DNA from: Hydrolagus affinis
Lineage: Eukaryota
Direction of reading: 5' to 3'
Length of the DNA stretch: 64,000 nucleotides
Assembly (NCBI GenBank): GCA_012026655.1
Contig: JAAILG010000551.1
Span: 1 to 64,000 of the forward strand
In this document: piece after piece, positions 52,367-64,000 of the stretch
Position numbering within the stretch: the stretch's first letter is position 1
Layout: each line of letters begins with the position of its first letter
Program-made: the position numbers and the translations under genes
The notes under the pieces: generated by a model
Told to the model about the DNA's origin: nothing
Database searches by the model: none
The model's input: only the letters and a program-made list of their open reading frames with translations

Positions 52367-53149
52367 CCTGAAAGCCAAACTCAAAGCAAACTACTGTTAC
52401 GTTAATATTTGGGTGAATTTTAATTGACCAAATAATTATTCTGGAAACTATCTTTCGGGGGGGTGGAAGTGTTCGGGGGGGTAAGAAGGTTTCCTTGGGG
52501 CTGAGCTGGTGGAATATCAGAATCGCGTCAAAAACCCTCTGGTAGTCTTGTTAGTTCAGTTACTGAGCCAGGGAGGTCCGCAATACTCCGGGGCACAGCC
52601 ATCCTGGCTCATCAGCAGGACGTGGTAGGGGTGAAACAACAACAACAACAAAATTACATTTGTAGAGCGCCTTTCACGTTGAGAAAACGTCCCAAGGGGG
52701 GCAGGGAATCCTCTCACTCAGCTCCTGCTAACCCCTACCCCCTGATGGGTACAGTGGTCTAGCAAGCAGTGGGAAACTTGCCAGAGAGTGCTCTTAATAA
52801 GTCTGTAATGCAATCTGGGAATTAGATAAAGCAATCTCCATATTAGAGAAATACTGAAAAGCATTCACAGACTGATATTCAGTTCATTTTTTTTCCAAAG
52901 TGACAAAACTAATACTAATTTCCTTATTTTCCAGAAGGATTCAGTCTCTCCTTCAGTATTGGCAGACTAGTCACAGGCGAGACTAGTGCCGCCTGCACAA
53001 GGCACAGTGTCTAGCTTTAGGATGGGGGAGTCTAGATAGCAATCATAATTGAAGACCCTGTTTGAGCTCCCCCTCCTAACACACATCCCATACCCAACGG
53101 CTAAACCTACACAACTAGTCGATCTAAATTGCTGAGAGATCGGATTGTG

Positions 53150-53555
53150 GTGGTGGTGTGGTAGCACTCTCACTTCGTGTCATCGCACGTGTGGGTTTGA
53201 TCACCACGTCAGGACTCCAGCTCATAGACTAGGCTGATACTCCAGGGCAGGCCTGAGGATTGCCTCATCATCGGACATGCTGCCGTTCTGACGAGCAATC
53301 TAAACTAAGGTCACGTCTGTCTGTTCAGGTCCCATGCCACTATTTGAAAAAAGAGAAAAACATTTCTCCTTTTTGTCTTTTGTGGTCAACAAACTGCCAG
53401 AAAAATTGGTCATCCATCTAATGTGCATTTGTGGGTCCTGCCATGTGCAAATTGGCAGCTGCATTTGCCTACAATTATAGTAGCTAAACTTAACAGCAAT
53501 CATTCTTGACATGTAAACATTATAGGTACTCTATCAAATGCAAGGATTATTTATA
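53150..53555 (+). mobile_element. Old Deu-SINE (SacSINE1-like)
   Basis: gtagcactctc...taggctgatactccag...cccatgccactatttgaa...gtgcaaattggcagctgc. Confidence 0.7.
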
Positions 53556-54149
53556 ATGGCAGATCTATCGTTACTTACAGACACCTCTTTCACCTTCTAC
53601 TTTATTTATGATGAGAGAGCAGCTCAAGATGATCCATTCACACGGTAACTAATCTTCTTTGCAGCCCTAGATGTTTATAGTACACCAGGCAATCACTAGA
53701 ACTCTATGACTTACCTGTAACCTTCCCCCATAGTAATATATACTGTACTTAAAGACGGCTTAATCACATTTACCCCATTCTGCTCAGGCCCTTCTTCCCT
53801 TTTTCAAACCAATGTTCCCCAACCCACAAGTTTGCTGCACTTTCACCTCTCTCAATAAGCACGAGTGTTGAAATAAAGCCCTTCACTATTCAATTCCCAT
53901 TAACTTTTGCCACCTTGCCATTTTATGGGAAATCAGTTGCTGTTATATAACTGATTTCTCCTCACTTCTCCTCTATCCAAATCTGACCTCTGCAAAATAT
54001 AGACGTGTTGCCTAAAGGCTCCACACAGACACTGTCAATACTTAATTTATCACCCACAACCTGCTAGTACTGGCAGCAGTAACCTCAGTGGATGTACACT
54101 CCATCTCACCAAGCCAGTCAGGAACCGGCGTGTCTACATTCGATCCTCA

Positions 54150-54650
54150 ACTGTGTTTTCTTCCCCACATACATACCATGACCCATTCTGCCTTCACTCA
54201 CCTCTGCAACATTGCCTAAAACAGCCACTACCTCACCCCTCAGGCTACTGGAACTTTCATTCATGCCTTCACCTCACCCAAGCTCAACTATGCCAATGCT
54301 CTACTTATCAGCCTCCACAATTCCTCCCTTCATAGGTTCCAGATCATCCAGAACTCTGTAGCCCTTGCCCTCTCCCGCACCAACCTGCGCGACCTTATCA
54401 CCCCACTTCTTGCTTGACTACACTGGCTTCCCATCACTCAATTCAAGACCCTGATCCTCACCTTTAAAGCCCTCCATGGCCTTGCCCCACCCTACCTCAG
54501 TGACCTCATAACCCCATACAACCTGTCCGCTTCCTCCACTCAGAGGGCTGCGGCCTGCTCCATGTTACCCGACCCACCTGCTCCACTATTGGAGGACGAG
54601 CCTTCGGCCACTCTGCCTGCAACTTTTGGAATTCTATCCCTCCATCCCGC
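54150..54650 (+). mobile_element. L2 LINE ORF2 3' fragment
   Basis: FQIIQNSVA...ITPLL..LHWLPI..FKTLILTFKALHGLAPPYLSDL...GGRAF, frameshifted. Confidence 0.85.
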
Positions 54651-55644
54651 AAACCCTCCACTCGCCACATGGTATCAATGACGAAAGTGGAAATGCTATT
54701 GTGCTGGCAGTTTTAACTGTTCTGCAAACGGTTAATTCCCAATAAAGCAATGACTAACATCGCCGGATAGAAGACACATGTAGACAAACAGAAGTACGAG
54801 GAAAAAAACAGGAATTAATAAATTTTGTAACTGATTTACTAGCTTCCACCTCTCCAGCCATACATGACCCTTGAGGGTGCAATATTTAATGAACCAGTTG
54901 GGTGATGAACGAACTACATCTTATTTAAAGGCTCCAATGACTACATTCAAGCTGCAGCATAGTGTTCGCCCCATTCAAAGTGCAAAAGCTATCAGCATTT
55001 GTATCAGTACACACTATTTTAGACATCCAAGCTTGATAAATTCCATCAAGCCTTGAACCCTGGGACTCAACTTAATCAATTGCTGAACATGTTTTCCACC
55101 AAATCTTTATAATGAATTTCCTGTAGCAAAAGATTTAGCAGACATCAAATCCCCGCTGTGACTATTCTACCGATGGGAGACTGAACTTAGAGGCCATGTG
55201 TAACTCATCTTTCTCTTATTCCTCCCGCAGAGGATTGTAACAAAGAGAAATCTGATATTATATAGACACAAAATATTAAATACCACAATTTTCACTATAT
55301 TCCTTTGAAAATGGATGATGTCTTTCTAGCATGATATATTATTTTTAAGTCTACTCCCCTGGTGATTTCAGCTCTCACATTACAACACCTCACTATTAAA
55401 TACTACTTGGCTGGCTCCCAAGATGAACATTAGATCAATGACCTAGTGTCCTGAAAGCTACTTTTTTTAAAAAAAAATTAAAAACATAATTTGTACATCT
55501 GTTAGCATCCGAACTATAAGAACATAAGAAATGCTAGACGAAAAAAAGACCCAAGATCCATCTAGTTTGCCTTTCACCTTCTTGATCGTCGCAAGCATAC
55601 ATGTCCCATGTAGGGAAAGGGAAGGGCTATGCTATTCGTACTGC

Positions 55645-55999
55645 TACTACTACTACTAATAATAATAATAATCCTTGCATTTGATATAGCGCTTTTCACA
55701 TCTTATCGACGTCCCAAGCACTTCACAGAATGTACTGTAAAGTGAATTGACTGTATATATTTGTGGGCGAAACACGGCAGCCCAATTGCACACAGCAGTG
55801 TCCCACAAACAGTCATGGATTGAAATGACCAATTTTTATTATTGTGTTTTTTTTTGGAGGGATTATTATTAGGCATGAGGAGTAAGGAAACTTGCCCAAG
55901 GTTTCTTCCTGACCTGCCTGGATTCAAACACAGGTCTCCCCAGCTTGGTTTCCCCAGCTTGCAAGACAAGTGCTCTAACCACTGAGCCACAGGAGCTCC
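55645..55999 (-). mobile_element. Composite SINE, short form with 14-bp head duplication
   Basis: Full length; near twin of 29755-30091. Confidence 0.92.
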
Positions 56000-56874
56000 A
56001 CCTTCTCCCATCCGGTCAAGTGGAGCCCAGTGAGCTGCAATAACACAGCTAATGTTTAAAAGTCAAAACAATAAGAAACATCTTCACATGTCAAGAGCTC
56101 AGGACATTGCAAACGAGCTTTTGGCTAAACACAATGGACTGTACATAAAGGCTAGTATGCAAAGATATGATTAATATAAGAGTCCTTGAATCAGCACAGG
56201 AGAAGTGACAAGGCGAAGATAAACAGCATAATAATACAGTACTGCATTTTGTGCTGCGCAAGTTAGACTGCAAAGTGGAGAGACTGTGTATTTGCGGGTG
56301 AAACTCGGCAGCCAGTTTGTGCACATCTATGTACACAAACAGCTACAAAGTGAATGATCAACTCTACCTGGATGAATTGTTAGTCAGGACCCTGAGAGAA
56401 AATCTCTTTAAATAGTGCCATGGAATCTTTAATGTCTGCCTGAAGAGGCAGAGAGGAACTCAGTTTAACATCTGAAGCATGACACATCTGACATGAGTCG
56501 TGTCTTCTCTCTCTCTCTCTCTCTCTCTCCCCCTCCTTCAAATTAATTGCACAAAGCAGCTTAAACTCCTAGCAGAGTGGCATTTTCCTTCCTCCTCTTT
56601 TTCCACTCTGCACTGGGGTATAGTGCCATGCCATCAGCTGCCCTTAATAACTCGCTCATTAGTTACGATTGATCTTAAGCAATGAGTTACCAAGTACGTA
56701 ATCATAGAGGCACTGAAGCAGAGCCCAATTCTGTCTTCATCCAAAGTCTCTATACTTGCAATTTCCAGCAGAAGGTTGAGATTATGATCAGAAGCAGGAA
56801 GCCAGATGGATTTCCCCTCCTTAACCCAGAGTGACTGAAGGCAAATAGTTCTCCAGCTGTCGACATGCCTGAGA

Positions 56875-57045
56875 TAATAATAATAACCCTTGCATTTGAT
56901 ACAGCGCCTGATCATGTCTTTGAGATGTCTCAAAGTGCTTCACAGAATATACTGTAAAGTGAATCGACTGTATATTTTGTGGCAGGATGAGTTGAAGCGC
57001 TCTGAGCATGGAGGGCGCTATATAAATGCAAATTGTTGTTGTTAA
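56875..57045. mobile_element. Back-to-back SINE tail (-) and L2 tail (+)
   Basis: taataacccttgcatttg...tttgtgg joined to gaagcgctctgagcatggagggcgctatataaatgcaaattgttgttg. Confidence 0.75.
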
Positions 57046-57339
57046 CACAGCACAGATTGGGCCGAGGACCCTTCAGTCAAGTGCTACACTGAGCGGTGTC
57101 TTATCCATGGGGTTATTGGGGGAAGCTATCTTCCCATTTTAATGAAGCTAAATCTGATCCAATTCTTACCTGAGGAGCGATTTCCATTTGCTTTTAAATG
57201 GACATAATGATTGATAACATGTCCTCCTGACGTGAAAGGCACTATACAATTGTACTTTTGTTGTTATAAAGAGTCTCGACAAATATCCCATTCCATGTTA
57301 AAAAGTAGTTCTCAAAAACACACCAACAAAACCATGCTA

Positions 57340-57790
57340 CACGGAGTCTAGTTGGCTCTCACCTCACCCACAACTCTCCCTCATTTACTAAACCCAATAC
57401 GAGCATCATTGAGCTCCAGTTCTACCCGTCCAGGCTTGAACATTCCCCAGAAGCTCTTTTCTCCACTGCCAGTATTCTCATCCACACTAAACTCCGACCA
57501 CCATCACACCAGACCTTGCCAGGCTTCACTGACTCCATATCACAGAACGGATCGATTTCAAGATCCTCTCACTTGTCTACAAATTCCTTCACACCTTGGC
57601 ACCTCCCTAGCTTTCTGACCTGCTTTCTCCCTACTCCACTACTCCCTGCCTCCACTCGGCTGGCTCCGGTCTCCTGTTCATCTTTGGCCTCCTCCGATCC
57701 AGCATAGGTGGATCGGAGTAACTTTCAGCCACTACACTCAAACCTTTAGAACTCTCACCCTCAATCCCTCCACCGTGCCCCCTCCTTACC
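57340..57790 (+). mobile_element. Decayed L2 ORF2 fragment
   Basis: FKIL..VYKFLHTLAPP...FSHY..NL.NS motifs. Confidence 0.65.
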
Positions 57791-58570
57791 CCTCTATTAG
57801 TTCATGACTGGGCTTATGTTCACCTCCAGCCGCCTACCCCGGAGATTAAATGGCAAACTCAATCTAGAAACCCAGCTAATATTACAGAAGATTCAATCCA
57901 TTGCTGGGCTGCGTTGATCCCTGAAGTTCTGAATTTTACACACATGGCTTGGAATTCACAAAGGGCTTAAAGAGAGCCACATGAGCAGCTAACTATTTAC
58001 TGGTATAAGAACACGCAGGTTAACTCTGGAGTAAAGCACTTTGAACTAACTAAAGCCCTCGGCTATCACTGTGTGCTCTAATCCACTCTATATGCCCTAA
58101 TCAAGTACATTCTTGGTTTTTTCAATGCTAGATCCATATACCAAGCTGCTCATTGGCATACAAATTAATTGGTATTGATACAAACATTTGCTGTTCTGCC
58201 GCACTTTACACTATCTCACTTCTAATGAATGCCAGCTTTATAGGGGTCGATGTGGGGTGAGGAGGGAAGAGGGAGAAAGGAGAGAGAGTGGCTGGTAGAT
58301 TTAGATATAAATTTTGTGGTCCATTCCCAAGCTACTGTTAACTGAATGAAGACTCTAGTCCAGATATATAAAAGTGACCCTCCTATGCAGTTTACATCCC
58401 CCATTCAAGATAAAACTTCCCACAGTCCATATTACTGTGTGCAGTCAACATTTCTTTTCTTGTACAAACACTTTTTAAAAAATTGGTCGAAGGATTTTAT
58501 TATTATTACAGTGACCCACCAACATTGAGCTCCTGCGAACTCCCATTTCTACAGTAATAACTGGACTCAC

Positions 58571-58750
58571 CATGACCATTGAGGACCTGTTTACCCTGCG
58601 GTTTCCCTTTCCGAGGTGTTGAATGGCATGAGGATGAAGCATTGCTTGGAAGGGTTTTGATATCTTCACACTCATCGTCCTCTTCTACTTCATCAGCGTC
58701 ATCCTGGGAGCTTCCGAAATACATCATGTTGTTCGGCAAAGCAGAAGAGC
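58571..58750 (-). CDS. JARID2: JARID2 exon 5
   Basis: 180 nt; [32 protein letters not shown]...[11 protein letters not shown]...NGH|gtgagt. Confidence 0.95.
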
Positions 58751-58879
58751 CTGCAAACAGTGAAAGCAAAAAAGTCATTTTTATCACCCCCCCAATAGTG
58801 CAAACCCACCCAGCTTTGCAGCAAACATGGGTCCAAAGGACGATCACTGCACCTACTGTGGCAATCCAATCAATCATCT

Positions 58880-59145
58880 CAACAGAAGGAATAGTGCTAT
58901 ACTGCCTTATCACATCCCAAAGTGCTTCACATGATATACTATAAAGTGGAGTGAGCATTTTGTGAGGGAATGGGGAAGACGATTTAGTGCACAGCAATCT
59001 CTCACAAAATAGCCAAGAAGTGAATGACCAATTTTATTTGGGGGAATGTTGGCCAGGACACCGGGAGAAACTCCCTTCTCTTTTTGAAGACTGCCATGGA
59101 ATCTATACCGGCTGTTGAATAGGCCAACGGGAACCTTGGTTCAGT
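58880..59145 (-). mobile_element. Old Deu-SINE fragment
   Basis: gttggccaggacaccgggagaaactccc...tgccatggaatct (reverse Deu core). Confidence 0.75.
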
Positions 59146-59400
59146 GTGCGAAGACGAGGAGAAAGGTCACTTTCCAACAAAACCAAAGCTTCTTTCAAGT
59201 CCGCTCATAAACAACTTGTAGAATTTGTAGAAAAATATCTACTTTAGGAAATTGACACTCTAATAGACACTAAGACAAACTTGAATGGGTTTCTTGTGAT
59301 TCGGAACTCTTCACTGCAACACTTGTCCCCACCACACACTGCAATTATGTTTGGACGGCAGGTGCCTGCAGGACACAGTCGGTGCACATATGGTGCATCA

Positions 59401-59802
59401 TCAGTAACTCAGTGGTTAGAGACTTGTAGCTCAGTGGTTAGAGCACTGAGTCCTGTAGCTCAGTGGTTACAGCACTCGCTTCGCAAGTGAGAGACCTGAG
59501 ATCAATTCTAAATAGGGCAAAACGTTGGGCAAGTTTCCTTACTCCACACACCTCAGTAAGTAGCAACCCGTTGGTTAGGTTGATTGGTGAATCGCTTTTC
59601 TAGGGATAATAATTCCTTCAAAAAATAATGATAAATTGGTCACTCGGTCCACGACTGTTTGTGGGCCACTGCTGAAGCAATTGGCTGCCACGTTTCGCTC
59701 ACAAAATGCAGTCAATTCATTTTACAGTATATTCTGTGAGGTGCCTCGAGATGTCTTGGAAGATGTGATAAGGCGCTATATCAAATGCAAAGATTATTAT
59801 TA
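59401..59802 (+). mobile_element. Composite SINE, long form with triplicated A-box segment
   Basis: Three gta(a/g)ctcagtggtta units, then the rest of the element. Confidence 0.9.
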
Positions 59803-60704
59803 GTATAATGTGGGCTTTTTAGCTTTTATTGTTAGAGGAAACAGCATAAACGCAGACAGCTTGATGTCAAGACAAGCCAAAAGTCCAATTCAGCCAACTG
59901 AATGGGGAGGGGGGGATGCAGCTGAGTTTCTGATCTACATTGCTATCCTGTGGGGTATCCAGGTGTTTCCTGGATGCCGGGGGGATGGGATGGGGGCGAA
60001 GTGAAGAGGAAGAGGGAAAAAAGAGAACTAAGATCGGCAGAATTGACTCTTGGCTGCCTTTACACATTTCAATGCTATGTTTCAGACAAGACCTGCCTGC
60101 GGGCTGGGAGAGGGCTGGCTGGATGCGTAGCCTCTCAGCCAATTGCTGCACGACCAGAAATTATCTGGGGGAAAAGAAACAAAAATTAAGGAACCTGGCA
60201 TCCAAACTGAAGCAGGCTTATCAAGGGGCATCCTCTGCCTCCAGCTTTTCTGCAACAAGCTTTTTATCGCTAGTTAACATTCAATTCACACTGCACATTG
60301 AACATTGCCTTGTTCCACTACTTCCTGCTAACACAACACCGAATGTACGTTGTAAAGGAAGATGAAACAATACAATTATGAAAATGTAGAAATACCCAAG
60401 ACTTCTTAAATATATAGTAGACAAGCAATGAGGAGAACACCTCGACAGTACAAGGCAGGGCCTAGATGTGCAACCAATAGGGATAATCCCATCAATGGGC
60501 TCCGAATCATCTCGCATCACAGGGATCAGAGCAGGGAAGGAGGGAAGGTCCTTTATCAGTAAGAAAAAAAGTTTCATGTTGTATGAAGGTAATTGCGAGC
60601 AACAATAAATCAGGACAGAGATAGGGAGGGGAGACTGCATTCCTTCCATTTCTCGCAGAAATCCTCCGCGAAGACAGCCCACTCTCACCTCAAACGCGAG
60701 CCTT

Positions 60705-61110
60705 AAAATAAATAATTATAATCCTTGCATTTGTTGTAGCGCTTTTACGCTTTTATCACGTCATCAAGCCGTCTGAAAGGACTTCACAGAATATACTGTG
60801 AATTGACTGTATTTTGTGGACAAAATGTGGTAGCGAATTGTGCACAGCAGTGTCCCACAAACAGTTGTGAATTGAAGTGACCAATTTTTTTGTCAAATGG
60901 CCAAATAATTTAATTTATTTTTAAAAAGGGGATTATTACCCACAGAAAAGTGGTCTGTCAATTGACTAACACCCGGATTCCTATTTACTGCTAAGTAAAC
61001 AGAGGCATATGGAGTAAGGAAACTTGCCCAAGGTTTCTCTCTGCCAAGGAATCAAACTTAGGTCCCCTCATGCGCGAGGTGAGTGCCTTAACCTCTAAGC
61101 TACAGGACTC
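60705..61110 (-). mobile_element. Composite SINE, long form
   Basis: cctatttactgctaagtaaacagagg CORE-like block; head ends ctacaggactcc. Confidence 0.88.
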
Positions 61111-61249
61111 CACAATTCATATAGGGTGTTATCATGTCTCAAAGATGTGATAAGGCATTATATCAAATGCAACAATTATTATTTTTATTTATTTTAAATC
61201 CCTTAAGACTCACATTTGAGGTAGGAGTGGGCTCTCTACGCACAAGGAT

Positions 61250-61525
61250 TTGTGCATAGCGACTCCAGACTCTTCAGTTGCCTGCATGCGGTTTCCCCAC
61301 TGCCCCCATACTCTGGAACTCTATCCCACAGTCCTTTAGCCTCGCTTCCTCCCTTGCCACCTTACAGGCCGGTCTCAAGACCCTCCTTTTTGATCGTGCC
61401 TTCTGCTGCCCTCCCAAATCTCTCCCACCCTTCCCTGCTATCCTCCCTTGCTCGGGCCCAACCGGACTGTTCAGCGCTTTGGGACGTCCTCCCGACATGA
61501 AAGGCATGTAATTTTGTTGTTTTTG
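61250..61525 (+). mobile_element. L2 LINE 3' end
   Basis: APILWNSIPQ...GLKTLLFDRAF plus gggacgtcctcccgacatgaaaggc...ttttgttgtt tail. Confidence 0.85.
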
Positions 61526-64000
61526 GATGCAGTCAATCCGACTCTCTCCATCCAGGCTTATTGTTGCTAGCAATTAATTACCTTCATTCAACAATTAACT
61601 TTTTTTTTTAAATGATACACAACTCCAAACACCCCTCCTCAGCCCGTTCATTTATACAGCAGGATTCACCGAAAATCCATCCAGATACAGCATTGATGAT
61701 ATGCAGACCTTTCAGCACTCAAAGCTTCTCCGCAATATAAATGACTGGGCCTCCTAATCGTTTTGCATTACATTCATAACCAGGCGCAGGAATAATTGTT
61801 AATGGGGGGTGAAAAATGTGCAATCTGACATTCCACAGCCAGTGATAATTATCCTACCATTGATCTTTTTATTCCAGCCATATCACAGTCAATTACTGGC
61901 AATATCTCCCTCTATTTTCTCCCTCTCAACTTTGCTAAACTGAAGTTGCAACCAAAGCCACTTGCAGCAGCCCATGAACCCTCTCCCACCCCACCACCCC
62001 CTCAAGGTCCCAGTGTTTACGATGTTGGCTCATGGAATGTTGGTTTAGCACCGTTTAAAGTTATAGACTGGGACAGTCTATCATTTATGACGTTTAATGT
62101 TGCATCTTTTCCTCCGTTGTTTTCCCAGGTATCAAGTTACAATAGCGTCTGACACACGTATTTACATACATGAAGCACATTTATATCGCACAAGCTACAA
62201 AGCCTTATTAATGAACATTTCCAATTTTGATAGTAACTTTATATTCAAGCTTGCAGCATGCCATAAACGGTTGTGTTTTATGTGAGCCCAGAGACTAAAA
62301 ACATCCCCTTCCACTCCAGAATCCATTGCATGGTCCCAAAACAAGGTCCTCTTTCTTAATAAAAAAAACACCAAAATAAATCTGAAGGCTCTTAAAAGGA
62401 ATGAGACAAGTCTATTGCAAACTGAAGAAATTCTGCACTTAAAGCGTTTGCACTGACATTGACAAACGCCTTTAACATTTGTAAGAGAATAAATCAACAA
62501 TCATTAAATTTACGGTTTCTCTGCAGGATCTGAGTGTGGCCTATTGTGGTACACACTGGAGGACTTCAGCCCACACACAGTCTACAACCACCTCAGCAGC
62601 ATCGTCAGCAAACACAGACAAATGCTCTCTTGGATTTTTTAATCAACTCCTCGGCTGGTTTTGCAAACTAATTTGGCTATAAGCAGCAAGATAGTCACAC
62701 ATCAATAATCCAACCGTTTTACATCTGGCAAAAACGCACACTTTATCGAGGCGCAATTCTGCTTTTGTGATGTAAAGCCTTTTCCTGAAACTTTGCCTGC
62801 TCCCGGGAATGCTGATTTTAATACACATTGTAGACTTGGAAATGTTACACACGATCAAGTTTAATCAGGTATAGTCTTGTTTCTCTGTTCTGTAAGATCT
62901 TACGCGGCATCGAGTTACTCTGGTATCTTCATGAATTGTGGCCATTTACACATCGTGGTAATTTATGTGTTGTACAGCCATTTAACATCGAAGAGAAGGT
63001 ATTGAGTTACGAGGGTCAACGCTGACTTACGAATGATGCTCTTCCCCTCTACAAGCTCAGCTCACCCTCAGACCATAACCACTAATACATTGGCACAAAG
63101 TGCCATCAGCCCTATAAACTCCAGGCTCCCCACCTCTCAACAGATTCATTTGAACATCCTTTTGCTGAAAGTCAAATCCATCGACTCCCTTGCCTCACCT
63201 CAACTCTGGAATATTCCCCAGCAGCATTTTCCGCTCTCTCTGCTCCACAAGCTCAGGTCTGTTGCACATTCCTTGTCTACTCCCACCCAGCGATGAACTT
63301 AAAGCCACTACTGTATATCTCGCAGGCATTCAGAGCTCCCTCTCCAAAATCGTATGGCCTCACTCGCATCCTCCCTCCTGGTTTTCAATATTCTGCTGGC
63401 AAACCAAGCTCTTTCTTAACATTTTAAAGGGGGAAATGGTTGCAAAGAGTTTGTAAAAAGAGATTGGATGATAAAGGCGTGATTTCTTCCTCCATCATTC
63501 CCTTGGAAATGCCTTCAGAATCCTGAAGTAGAATCTGAAGTCGATTGGCCCGAGCTTCATGGATCAGAGGGACGCAGACAGGCTCCATCTGTGGGAATTG
63601 TTGCCAAGTTGTTGGATGAAGCGACAGAGCGGAACAATCAGCAACAGGCAAGTGTGGTCACTGTAACTCAGAATTTGATTCAAAGAATAAGTCTGCGCTA
63701 GGGTTTCCTGAACTGAATTTGTAGCATTTTGCAGTCATAAAGAGTGGCATAGTTCAACAACAGAAAGTCATTTCTATTGGAGGTTTCTAACATTACTAGG
63801 GTTCTTTGCTCCTCCGTACAATAGCATCAACTATTTCTGGCCAGACATAAAATCCATCTAAAATGAACTCACAGGGACTGTCAAAATGCATTCTACAGTA
63901 ATCTTGCATGTGATGTTGCGCCAGTCACAACAAAATGTCTCAAAGAGATTCAGAATTTTCACAAGTGTAGTGACTGTATTTTAAGGCAGCCAATTTATAC

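Noticed and set aside
60281-60688. 135-aa - strand ORF containing DDSEPIDGIIP, faintly like JARID2 N-terminal DDSDGIP
   Set aside because: No further similarity, and it would be out of exon order; chance
63424-63651. Possible JARID2 exon 4
   Set aside because: No match to the expected RLQAQRKFAQSQ sequence; exon 4 lies beyond the window

Overview
Vertebrate nuclear DNA, most likely from a cartilaginous fish (probably a chimaera such as elephant shark). This is inferred from SacSINE1-like Deu-SINEs, L2/CR1 fragments and shark-type Penelope ends. The window holds the 3' ends of two convergent genes. DTNBP1 (dysbindin) has its last two coding exons on + (3384-3521, 8753-8988). JARID2/Jumonji has 14 consecutive coding exons on - (58750 down to the stop at 11732, 3212 nt, about 1069 aa, equivalent to human exons 5-18); its exons 1-4 lie beyond the window. 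All exons were read by hand, have GT-AG boundaries and splice in frame. The introns are dense with a young tRNA(Ala)-headed composite SINE, older Deu-SINEs, L2/CR1 3' fragments, MITEs and microsatellites. There is one 234-nt N gap. Nearly all other listed ORFs are spurious. I found no convincing new protein-coding system. The best leads are non-coding: a 69-bp inverted repeat, SINE subfamily architecture, a decayed Penelope hammerhead, a SINE abutting a splice donor, overlapping bidirectional poly(A) signals and miRNA seed sites in the repeat-free region between the two stops.
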